From positions 1 to 25,305 of the IMG/VR virus record IMGVR_UViG_3300022909_000104: DNA of 25,305 bases. The stretch is one strand, 5' to 3'. The position numbers and the translations under genes were made by a program. The notes under the pieces were generated by a model that saw nothing but the letters and a program-made list of their open reading frames with translations, was not told the origin of the DNA and did no database searches. This DNA is from a virus (taxonomy: Duplodnaviria > Caudoviricetes). This document shows, piece after piece, positions 6,962 to 14,160 of this stretch (position 1 is its first letter; each line of letters opens with the position of its first letter).

Positions 6962-7882
6962 TTACGCTACCTTTAGCGCATTGATTTCACTTAGTCTAGC
7001 CTTGCAGAAAGCAACAGCATTCTCAACATTACGGAACGCATCATCAGATGGGGATGGTATGTTTACCACGATGTCTGACTCAAACAATGAGTTCTCTAGT
7101 TCATCAGTAACTCCAAGTTCCTTGCGGTCAGCCTGTCTCCCGTATCCGCTAGACACTCGGTAATCCTTTCCGAAGAACTCATCGCTTCCGTTCTCTAAGA
7201 TTGAGAATACAATTCTTCTGAAGAAACTAGGATGCGATACTGCCCCGAGTCTACGATTATCTACAGGCTCATCGTAGTCTTTCATGCTGATGTAGGTCAC
7301 GTTGTCAACCTGTTTACCTGTAGCCGAATCCTTGCCCTGCTTCTTTGCTGAGTATGTCGCTGAGACTCTGATGTGTGCCTCTTCGCTGAGTATCTCAGAC
7401 AACTTTGTCACTACTGCAGACTGAATGTAAAAGTTCATTGCAGGTATGTTGGCGTTAGCACCACCCTCGAAAACGATGTGTATGCTTGGCGCTTCGCCCA
7501 TGTTCTTGCGCTTGAACCATACTTCATCATCGCCACTCAGTATGCTAGGGATGTCAAAAGCATAGCCCTCTTCAGCCATCTTGATTACCTCTTGACTAGA
7601 CTCAAACGCAGTATCAAATCCAGCAAACGCGCCTTTCATTTGTTCGGGCTGATACCCAATAGTTAAGAGCCTCTTAGATGCCTCTAGACTAGAGCCAAAT
7701 TCCACATCGCCATGGAACTTAGCATTTCTATCTTTTGAACTTGCGGCAGTCATATCAAAGCCATCTGCACACATAATCGTTGTTGGCTTGTAGTCTTCAA
7801 TGAATTCTGACAACTCGCTGAAGTTTAGTGATAACAGGTTAGTATAATTGTTACCATCCTCTTTGATTTTCTTGCGAAACAT
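6962..7882 (-). CDS. VWA-like partner of the MoxR-type ATPase (DUF7192-like), degenerate MIDAS
   Basis: FDIPSILSG, IHIVFEGGANA, MKDYDEPVD and HPSFFRR motifs; directly downstream of the ATPase. Confidence 0.65.
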   Translation of the reverse strand: MFRKKIKEDGNNYTNLLSLNFSELSEFIEDYKPTTIMCADGFDMTAASSKDRNAKFHGDVEFGSSLEASKRLLTIGYQPEQMKGAFAGFDTAFESSQEVIKMAEEGYAFDIPSILSGDDEVWFKRKNMGEAPSIHIVFEGGANANIPAMNFYIQSAVVTKLSEILSEEAHIRVSATYSAKKQGKDSATGKQVDNVTYISMKDYDEPVDNRRLGAVSHPSFFRRIVFSILENGSDEFFGKDYRVSSGYGRQADRKELGVTDELENSLFESDIVVNIPSPSDDAFRNVENAVAFCKARLSEINALKVA

Positions 7883-7928
7883 ATCTATTGATTATTAAGT
7901 TAGACTTGATGATTGTGATGAGTGACCC

Positions 7929-9581
7929 TTAAAGAGCCACACCATCCAACAATCCTTTTTGTACATCCTCCTTGTGAGGATTCAGAATAGCCATGTATAC
8001 GGCATCTCTGATGCTGAAGCCTAGACCCACCATGCGGTTCACTTCACGTGTTCTACGTGGCGTTACAAGGCCGTTCATACCCATCTTATTTGCATTGGCA
8101 CGAATCTTAAACACTATGTTCGTTGCATTGGTGTTACCGAATATGCTACGCTCTAGCGCCTCATCGTATCCCCAATCCATGTAGATGAATCTATCCATGG
8201 TCGCATCATCCATCTTGTTACGAGCATTGAACTTCTTGTTACCACCCTTGCCGTAAGTGTTCGTACATGCCACGTATCTGAACTCGGGATGTCTAGACAC
8301 CTGTGCATCATCGAACGTGTACTCATCGCCATCCAACAGGTTGTTCAAGGCCATTGCTACGTTAGCGTTAGCGGCATCAAACTCATCGAGTATAAGTACG
8401 CCACCATTCTCGTACATCTCACGTATTGCAGTAGTCACATACTTACCATTCGCATTCATGAATCCCATTGTACGACCTAGACTAGTTTCGTTAGTGAAAC
8501 TGAAGATTCTGAAGTCTAGACCCAACGCCTTGGCTACTGACTTAGCGCCAAATGTCTTACCGCTTCCTGCATCGCCTGTCATCATCACAGGTACTTTGCC
8601 ACTTACGAGTCTGAGCAACTCTTCGAACTTGAAGTGCTGAACGCCTAGTTTCTTAGTCTCAGACTTAGATGGCAACTTGACCTCGATAGTCTTAACCTGT
8701 GGTTGTGTAGCCTTTCGTACTTCCTCGACTACGATAGTCTTTACTTGCTCGATGTCTACTGCACCTGCAGTCTGACCTGCGATTGCTTTAATCGCCTCTG
8801 CTAATTGTTGATTTGCATCCATTGTTTTTGCTGATGTTTTGGTTGTTGATTTTGTTTTATCCGTTTTCAGTTTGTTCTTGATACTATCGATGATTCCGTT
8901 GTACACAATCTCACTATGGCTTTCTTGCCACTCAAGATCGATTGAGTACTCGTTTTCGCCCCAAGAAAAGTCTATCAAGTCTAGGGCAGACTCAGTGCAG
9001 TATAGCCATACCCAATCCTGCTCGCTATGCTTACCTATCGAGAACCCATTGCCCAAGTCTACATGCTCTCCATGCTCAAGGTTTGCATCGCTCTCTAGCC
9101 AATCGCCCACATCGCTAGGCTTGATACCTGCATAAGTGGTTAGACTATGCATTGCTTTACCCGCATGGCTTTCTTCATTGTAGTGCCAATCAGCCCCATC
9201 AGACTTGGTTGATGGTATCGGCTCTGACTCCAGTCCAAACGCCTTTTCAAGATTGCTGATGGCAACTTTTGGGTCAGCATGTATTGCAACGTGACCATTA
9301 ATTCTGAGGTACATCCATTCGTAGTCTGCTTGTCCCTTGTTATTGGAAAAGCGGTCTACTGCTATCAGCCATTCGCCATCCTTGAACGCACATAGCATCT
9401 CATCGGCCATCTTGCCGCCCTTACTTTGAAGTTTACACACCGCCTGTGCTACGCTTAGTTTACCTGTCGGTTTAGTCAGACCTGCCTTAACGTATAGGTC
9501 TTGAGACTTTTCTGCCTTGTGCAGTACTTGACCCTCATACTTGTCAATGATAGCCCACTTGTTTGAAACAAAACGACTCAT
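7929..9581 (-). CDS. MoxR/CbbQ/CobS-like AAA+ ATPase with a long unknown N-terminal region
   Basis: Walker A GDAGSGKT, Walker B LILDEFD, ACTNT.G.G and MDDATMDRF arginine finger. Start at 9581 (MSRF) or 9599. Confidence 0.88.
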   Translation of the reverse strand: MSRFVSNKWAIIDKYEGQVLHKAEKSQDLYVKAGLTKPTGKLSVAQAVCKLQSKGGKMADEMLCAFKDGEWLIAVDRFSNNKGQADYEWMYLRINGHVAIHADPKVAISNLEKAFGLESEPIPSTKSDGADWHYNEESHAGKAMHSLTTYAGIKPSDVGDWLESDANLEHGEHVDLGNGFSIGKHSEQDWVWLYCTESALDLIDFSWGENEYSIDLEWQESHSEIVYNGIIDSIKNKLKTDKTKSTTKTSAKTMDANQQLAEAIKAIAGQTAGAVDIEQVKTIVVEEVRKATQPQVKTIEVKLPSKSETKKLGVQHFKFEELLRLVSGKVPVMMTGDAGSGKTFGAKSVAKALGLDFRIFSFTNETSLGRTMGFMNANGKYVTTAIREMYENGGVLILDEFDAANANVAMALNNLLDGDEYTFDDAQVSRHPEFRYVACTNTYGKGGNKKFNARNKMDDATMDRFIYMDWGYDEALERSIFGNTNATNIVFKIRANANKMGMNGLVTPRRTREVNRMVGLGFSIRDAVYMAILNPHKEDVQKGLLDGVAL

Positions 9582-9640
9582 GATTGTGATGCACAGCATT
9601 ACCTGTGACTAACATTTGATTGATTGATTATTAAATTGAT

Positions 9641-9686
9641 TTGTAGCATGGCAGGGAATCGAACCCTGCCTAGTACCATACATGCT
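9641..9686 (-). ncRNA. tRNA-like minihelix (acceptor-like stem plus T-arm), not a full tRNA
   Basis: AGCATG-TATGGTACTAG-GCAGGG-TTCGATT-CCCTGC-CATGCT-ACAA. Confidence 0.55.
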
Positions 9687-9919
9687 TAGTCTAAATTCGG
9701 CCATGACTCATGCCACAAGATGGTCAGTTCCTCAAACATGAACTCCTTATTGATAGCACCATTCGCATCGTAAACATCTCTTACTTCTCTATCGGTTACT
9801 ATCTCTTTGATGTTCTTGCCTTGAACGTACTCTTGGTACTCATCGTGGCTTAGAACTACATCTACATCAGCGTAATATGTGACTACGATATCTACAGGTA
9901 TTTTTACTTTGAATGACAT
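9686..9919 (-). CDS. Hypothetical acidic protein
   Basis: 77-aa ORF, tightly packed. Confidence 0.7.
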   Translation of the reverse strand: MSFKVKIPVDIVVTYYADVDVVLSHDEYQEYVQGKNIKEIVTDREVRDVYDANGAINKEFMFEELTILWHESWPNLD

Positions 9920-9921
9920 AA

Positions 9922-10248
9922 TTAGAATGGTTTATTGTTAGCGTATTTGAATGCTTTCTTGTACTCCTTGCGGATGAGTCTAAGGTGGTACATTAGGTCT
10001 TTTAGACCGCCCATGTCATACTCATCAGTCTTGTTCACATTGTAGCGTTTCTCAAAGCCATAGCCGTATCCGCTGCTAGACTCGTTCTCTTTGATGTAGA
10101 CAAATTGATTCTTGTGTTCTACACCTGTTACATCAATGACCATCGGCCATGTTCCACCATCGTAGCATACTACATGCATGTGGTTCTCTTGTACGAACTC
10201 GCATAGTTCGTTTACCTCGTTGATTAGATTGATTACTGACTTTTTCAT
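9922..10248 (-). CDS. Hypothetical protein
   Basis: 108-aa ORF with an AATC-repeat leader. Confidence 0.75.
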   Translation of the reverse strand: MKKSVINLINEVNELCEFVQENHMHVVCYDGGTWPMVIDVTGVEHKNQFVYIKENESSSGYGYGFEKRYNVNKTDEYDMGGLKDLMYHLRLIRKEYKKAFKYANNKPF

Positions 10249-10269
10249 GTTGATTGATTTTGATTGATT

Positions 10270-10485
10270 TTATTGATTAGCCTCAGATGCTAGTTCATCC
10301 AAGAAGATTGAGTTCTCAAGCGTTCTGAGTTCCATGATTTCCAACTCTAGTCTAGAGGCCACAGCCTCGTTAGACTCAGTCCATAACTTCTTCACGAGTT
10401 TGCGTTCCTCGTTGTTTAGCATTCTACGGATTAGTCTAGATTGCGCTTTGTTCATTTGCAGGGTAACGTTGATTTGCTTGTCCAT
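10270..10485 (-). CDS. Hypothetical protein, first gene of the leftward arm
   Basis: 71-aa ORF downstream of the 10542 promoter. Confidence 0.7.
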   Translation of the reverse strand: MDKQINVTLQMNKAQSRLIRRMLNNEERKLVKKLWTESNEAVASRLELEIMELRTLENSIFLDELASEANQ

Positions 10486-10541
10486 GTCTTTAAGTTTTAT
10501 GGATTGTTAAATACAGCCTCAGCCGTTGTCGTTTGACATTC

Positions 10542-10574
10542 CAAAGATACATCGAGTCTGACCATATTTCCAAA
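10542..10574 (-). promoter_or_regulatory. Main leftward (early) promoter
   Basis: Minus strand TTTG (10574-10571)-N21-TATCTTTG (10549-10542). Confidence 0.8.
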
Positions 10575-10949
10575 GTATTTCCAAAAGCCTAGTGTTGATG
10601 GGCAATGCCGAGTCTGACCCCATTGTAGGTTTGTTCCTCTGAGGATAGTTGTATTGGGGGGTATTGTTCATCGTAAGCAAATCACGATAGAATTTATGTG
10701 CCTATATATATATGTATAGTCTAGCCACTAAAAAGCCAAAAAGTTTCATCGTAAATGGCTGATAATGAGGGGGTTAGGTTTCAGATTTCGTTTCGGTATC
10801 CATCGGTCAGCGTCCCTATATATATAGAATCCCCAACTTCTTTATTTCTCAACCATTTTTCCATTTACCCTGTAGATCGAAACAAATTGATTTGTGTGTT
10901 CTGTTAACCTTAAAACATATTCAATAATACTGGACATTATTTGCACGAA

Positions 10950-11000
10950 CTTAAAGTGATACTTTAAGCTTGCATATGTCAAAAAAAAGCTGTAACTTTG
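10950..11000 (+). promoter_or_regulatory. Rightward promoter with an adjacent inverted-repeat operator
   Basis: CTTAAAGT-GAT-ACTTTAAG (10950-10968), then TTG (10970-10972)-N20-TAACTTTG (10993-11000). Confidence 0.75.
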
Positions 11001-11004
11001 CCCA

Positions 11005-11160
11005 AGACTTCAGATGCGGTGTAATGGTGTGGGGGTTGGAAACCCAAACACTTTTAGAAATCTGATTACTCTACAGATTAAACGGATTTCAATGATCATC
11101 GCGATTAAGGTCAAAGACAGCTGAATCTAGGGCTGTTCTGCATAGACCTATCTACTTAAA
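11005..11160 (+). ncRNA. Candidate structured non-coding RNA or leader
   Basis: Follows a full promoter, has no substantial ORF, and shows three successive stem-loops. Confidence 0.35.
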
Positions 11161-11208
11161 GCTTTACTTTAACTATAGCCTCTAAATATTTGATAAACAA
11201 GTATTTAC

Positions 11209-11216
11209 TATCTTTG
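11209..11216 (+). promoter_or_regulatory. -7 box, probably giving a leaderless transcript
   Basis: TATCTTTG 4 nt before the ATG at 11221. Confidence 0.7.
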
Positions 11217-11220
11217 CTGT

Positions 11221-11445
11221 ATGGCAAGTAAGACCTCACAATATTATAAGGATAATCCTGAAGCCGCTGAGAAAAGACGTGAGTGGCAGAGAAAGGAGAA
11301 CAAGAAGAAAAGCAAAAAGCTGTACAGAGCCTTCTTGAATAAGAAGCGTAGAGATGCTGGACGCTATGGCAACAACGATGGTATGGATTATGACCACGGT
11401 GAGAAGAGATTCATGTCTGCCACAAGAAACAGAAGTAAAAAATGA
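11221..11445 (+). CDS. Small basic protein, possibly degenerate HNH-like
   Basis: 74 aa, K/R-rich, with DGMDYDH...NRS motif. Confidence 0.7.
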   Translation: MASKTSQYYKDNPEAAEKRREWQRKENKKKSKKLYRAFLNKKRRDAGRYGNNDGMDYDHGEKRFMSATRNRSKK

Positions 11446-12071
11446 AAGCAAAGCGTAACGAAGTAGATCCGCCAGTTAAACCTGTTCGTAGCTCAGTCGG
11501 TACAAGAATTGTTAAAGGGTTTGTACCTGGACCAGAGCCAGTGAAACAGCTTGTAGGTTCAACGATCACAAGAGACAATAAGTACGGGTGGGATGATCTA
11601 TCTCCAGCAATGCAACAAGAACTGGTAAAGTCTGTCATCAGCGCTAGACAACGTACTGGGAATGATAAAGGGGGAACAGAGTATATAGATTATGGTAGTC
11701 GTAGACTATCGGACGATATCAATAGCCTTGGTACAAACGCCATAGATACATTTGCGGGATCATACCTCTCGCCACAGTTCCAAACAGCAACTACTATTGG
11801 TCGTGTTTCTTACGACTACGATCCAACAACAGATACATACAAGGTGTACGACTCTTACGACTTCTCTAAGGTTGGAGACTCTGACTCTTTATACGGTAAG
11901 ACACGTAAGGCTGCAGGTAAGATCGGAGTGAAGGAAGGAACGCCAAACCTAATCGCTGAATTCAAGGGAGCCGACTTCGCAGATTACAAGGGGTCTGGAT
12001 TCTCTTATGACGCTATAACTACGATGACAGATTTCATTGGAGATAAGCTAGGCGGTCTATTTAGTGATTGA
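11442..12071 (+). CDS. Hypothetical protein (possible virion protein)
   Basis: 209-aa ORF starting MKAKR; 4-nt overlap with the upstream gene. Confidence 0.75.
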   Translation: MKAKRNEVDPPVKPVRSSVGTRIVKGFVPGPEPVKQLVGSTITRDNKYGWDDLSPAMQQELVKSVISARQRTGNDKGGTEYIDYGSRRLSDDINSLGTNAIDTFAGSYLSPQFQTATTIGRVSYDYDPTTDTYKVYDSYDFSKVGDSDSLYGKTRKAAGKIGVKEGTPNLIAEFKGADFADYKGSGFSYDAITTMTDFIGDKLGGLFSD

Positions 12072-12079
12072 TTTTTAAC

Positions 12080-12087
12080 TAACTTTG
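12080..12087 (+). promoter_or_regulatory. -7 promoter box
   Basis: TAACTTTG in the intergenic gap before ATG 12130. Confidence 0.65.
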
Positions 12088-12129
12088 CAAGTAACTGATA
12101 ATCAGGACATAAGCATAAACAACTATACA

Positions 12130-12804
12130 ATGAGTGAATTTGGAGATGCCTTTAAGAAGGCACGTCAGTCAGGTCTATCTACATTTGAGTACAACGGAAA
12201 GAAGTACGGCACACGTCTAGGATCTGAAACAAAAGAGCAGCATGCTAAGTACCTCGCAGGTAAGTCTGAGTTAAGACGTAGCATCTCTCAGGAAACTGGA
12301 AAGAACACTGGGTACAAAGGCGAGATGAAGGCTGTAAAGTCTGAAACACGCAAGCCAGAGAAAAAGGTCGAGCTTGCAGCTAAGAAAGCTCCTTCAGTGG
12401 TTAAACAACCAAAGGCAGCACCTGCAGCTAAGAAGGAATCTACAGCACCACGTTCTGGATCTGCTGTCTCTCAGTCTCGTCAAAACGAGTCAACCATTGC
12501 TGGATTGAAAGATGAGGCAATGGCTAAAAGAGCAACTGCAGACAAGGCTAAGAAGTCTTCAGCAGCTAACGAGAAGATGGTAGGCAAGAAGCCAGGCATC
12601 AGCATCACTAAAGATAGCCGTGAGGGTTACATCGCGAAACGTAAAAAAGCAGGTCGCAAGGCATCAGCTACAGATTACGAGCGTTCAAAGGCTATGAATA
12701 AGTACGCTGAGGACCGTAAGAAAGTAAAAGGCGTTGCAGATAAATACAAAAACGTTTTAGATCGTGCAGCGAAGCTGTTCGGTAAGGGCGGTAAGATGTA
12801 TTAA
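12130..12804 (+). CDS. Lys/Ala-rich basic low-complexity protein (possible internal or DNA-condensing virion protein)
   Basis: N-terminal FGDAFKKARQSGLSTFEYNGKKY, AAKKAP-type core and C-terminal GKGGKMY; ATG at 12130 preferred to TTG at 12085. Confidence 0.75.
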   Translation: MSEFGDAFKKARQSGLSTFEYNGKKYGTRLGSETKEQHAKYLAGKSELRRSISQETGKNTGYKGEMKAVKSETRKPEKKVELAAKKAPSVVKQPKAAPAAKKESTAPRSGSAVSQSRQNESTIAGLKDEAMAKRATADKAKKSSAANEKMVGKKPGISITKDSREGYIAKRKKAGRKASATDYERSKAMNKYAEDRKKVKGVADKYKNVLDRAAKLFGKGGKMY

Positions 12805-12962
12805 TGAAGGCTAAACGCAAAAAAGTAATGGTAAAGGCTCCTGACGGTTATCACTGGATGACCGAAGGGGGCCGTCATTACCTAATGCCACACGAGGGAA
12901 AGTTTGTCCCTCACAAGAATGCTTCACTAGAAGCTGAATTCAAAGTTAAGCAGGTACATTAA
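12804..12962 (+). CDS. Small hypothetical protein, 52 aa
   Basis: Own translation MKAKRKKVMVKAPDGYHWMTEGGRHYLMPHEGKFVPHKNASLEAEFKVKQVH; TAATG coupling. Confidence 0.7.
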   Translation: MKAKRKKVMVKAPDGYHWMTEGGRHYLMPHEGKFVPHKNASLEAEFKVKQVH

Positions 12963-13380
12963 TCTGCTCATCCCCCTCTAACTTACGGTAATAACGCTGG
13001 ACCAGTAGTCTACCCTTCTGGCTCACGGCATACCTCACCCTGTAGTTCATCTTAGACTCGCTAAACATAGCCTCCTCATAACTACTGGGAGAAAGCTTGT
13101 CGTAATATTTGTATATGTAGCCACTGTTCATCAATGGGTATACAATACGCTCACCAATTTTTTTCTTACTGTAGAAGTAATCTTCCGATGCCTTGTCTAA
13201 TGTCCAGAACATATAGTCGTAGAAGAACAGTAAGAAGTTCATCTGAGATTCATTTATATCGTAGTGGGCAGACATGTCACGCATCACTAGTCTGTTGTAT
13301 TTCAAGTATGTTTTCCCTATTCTATCGGGATCTTCCATCTTAAAATCACGGAACATACTCTTTTTAGACTGCTTTGCCAT
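12946..13380 (-). CDS. Putative winged-helix (MarR-like) DNA-binding regulator
   Basis: YDINESQMNFLLFFY...PLMNSGYIYKY...YAVSQKGRLLV pattern; has its own promoter; the only minus-strand gene in the right arm. Confidence 0.6.
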   Translation of the reverse strand: MAKQSKKSMFRDFKMEDPDRIGKTYLKYNRLVMRDMSAHYDINESQMNFLLFFYDYMFWTLDKASEDYFYSKKKIGERIVYPLMNSGYIYKYYDKLSPSSYEEAMFSESKMNYRVRYAVSQKGRLLVQRYYRKLEGDEQINVPA

Positions 13381-13386
13381 TTTTAT

Positions 13387-13411
13387 TAAATTTGCATAGA
13401 ATACAAAGATA
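13387..13411. promoter_or_regulatory. Bidirectional face-to-face promoter pair
   Basis: Plus TAAATTTG 13387-13394 and minus TATCTTTG 13411-13404, 9 bp apart. Confidence 0.75.
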
Positions 13412-13416
13412 CTCAA

Positions 13417-14160
13417 ATGGCGACTCTTTCAGGAAACAAGGTCAAGGACACATACGGATCCTTATTAAAGCTCTCAACAAACGGGGCAACAGCAACAATA
13501 AAATCTGTCGAAGACGGTGCTGGTGTAGACACTGCACTAAAGCTATCTACAGATACAGTTGAGGTGAACTCTTTAAAGTTTACTGCAGCTCCAACTACGG
13601 CCGCTGCAGAGCTTACGGGTTTGTTTATTGACGGTAACAACAACGTGGTTAAACGCGAGCTAGACTCGTCAGCATTTACGGCTGCATCGGCTCAGTTCTT
13701 TGCTAACCCAATGTTTATACTACGCCCGATATCTTCATACAGTCTAACCGCCACTCCTACAACGCCATCTATGGCTGGAGTAAATAACAATAGCAAGACA
13801 TCCTCTCATTTTGTTAATGATCCTACGGCTGTTCATCTTCAGACTTCAGCTACTACGACTGGAGCGATTACTGTTGAGTCTGCGGGTCTGGTTAAGATAG
13901 ACGTGAACTTTATGCTGGAGGTAACTACATCCAACACAGATGTAATCATAGACATCGTCACAAAGCCAAGCGGTGGATCAGCAAACACATTACAGTCTAT
14001 CACACGAAGCAAAGCATCATCGGGCAGTATGGCTATTGGTTTTGCTTTAGTCTACTACGCAGATACAGATGAGGATATCTACTACCAGGTAAGCATGAAC
14101 GCTTCTGGCGGAGCTGCACTATTGACTGCATCAACATTTATTTTAACTAAATTAGACTAA
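13417..14160 (+). CDS. Putative structural protein with a beta-rich C-terminal domain
   Basis: 247 aa, T/S/A-rich, MATLSGNKVKDTYGSLLK start. Confidence 0.7.
   Translation: MATLSGNKVKDTYGSLLKLSTNGATATIKSVEDGAGVDTALKLSTDTVEVNSLKFTAAPTTAAAELTGLFIDGNNNVVKRELDSSAFTAASAQFFANPMFILRPISSYSLTATPTTPSMAGVNNNSKTSSHFVNDPTAVHLQTSATTTGAITVESAGLVKIDVNFMLEVTTSNTDVIIDIVTKPSGGSANTLQSITRSKASSGSMAIGFALVYYADTDEDIYYQVSMNASGGAALLTASTFILTKLD

Noticed and set aside
368-9135. Plus-strand ORFs in the left arm (368-583, 3860-4075, 5610-5921, 7373-7666, 8257-8640, 8839-9135 and similar)
   Set aside because: Antisense shadows of better-supported minus-strand genes, with no motifs or promoters.
7929-9599. Cobalamin biosynthesis cobS as an auxiliary metabolic gene
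   Set aside because: Only generic MoxR-type motifs; no cobalamin pathway genes nearby.
9641-9700. Full tRNA gene
   Set aside because: Only a T-arm and a closing stem are present; there is no room for D or anticodon arms.
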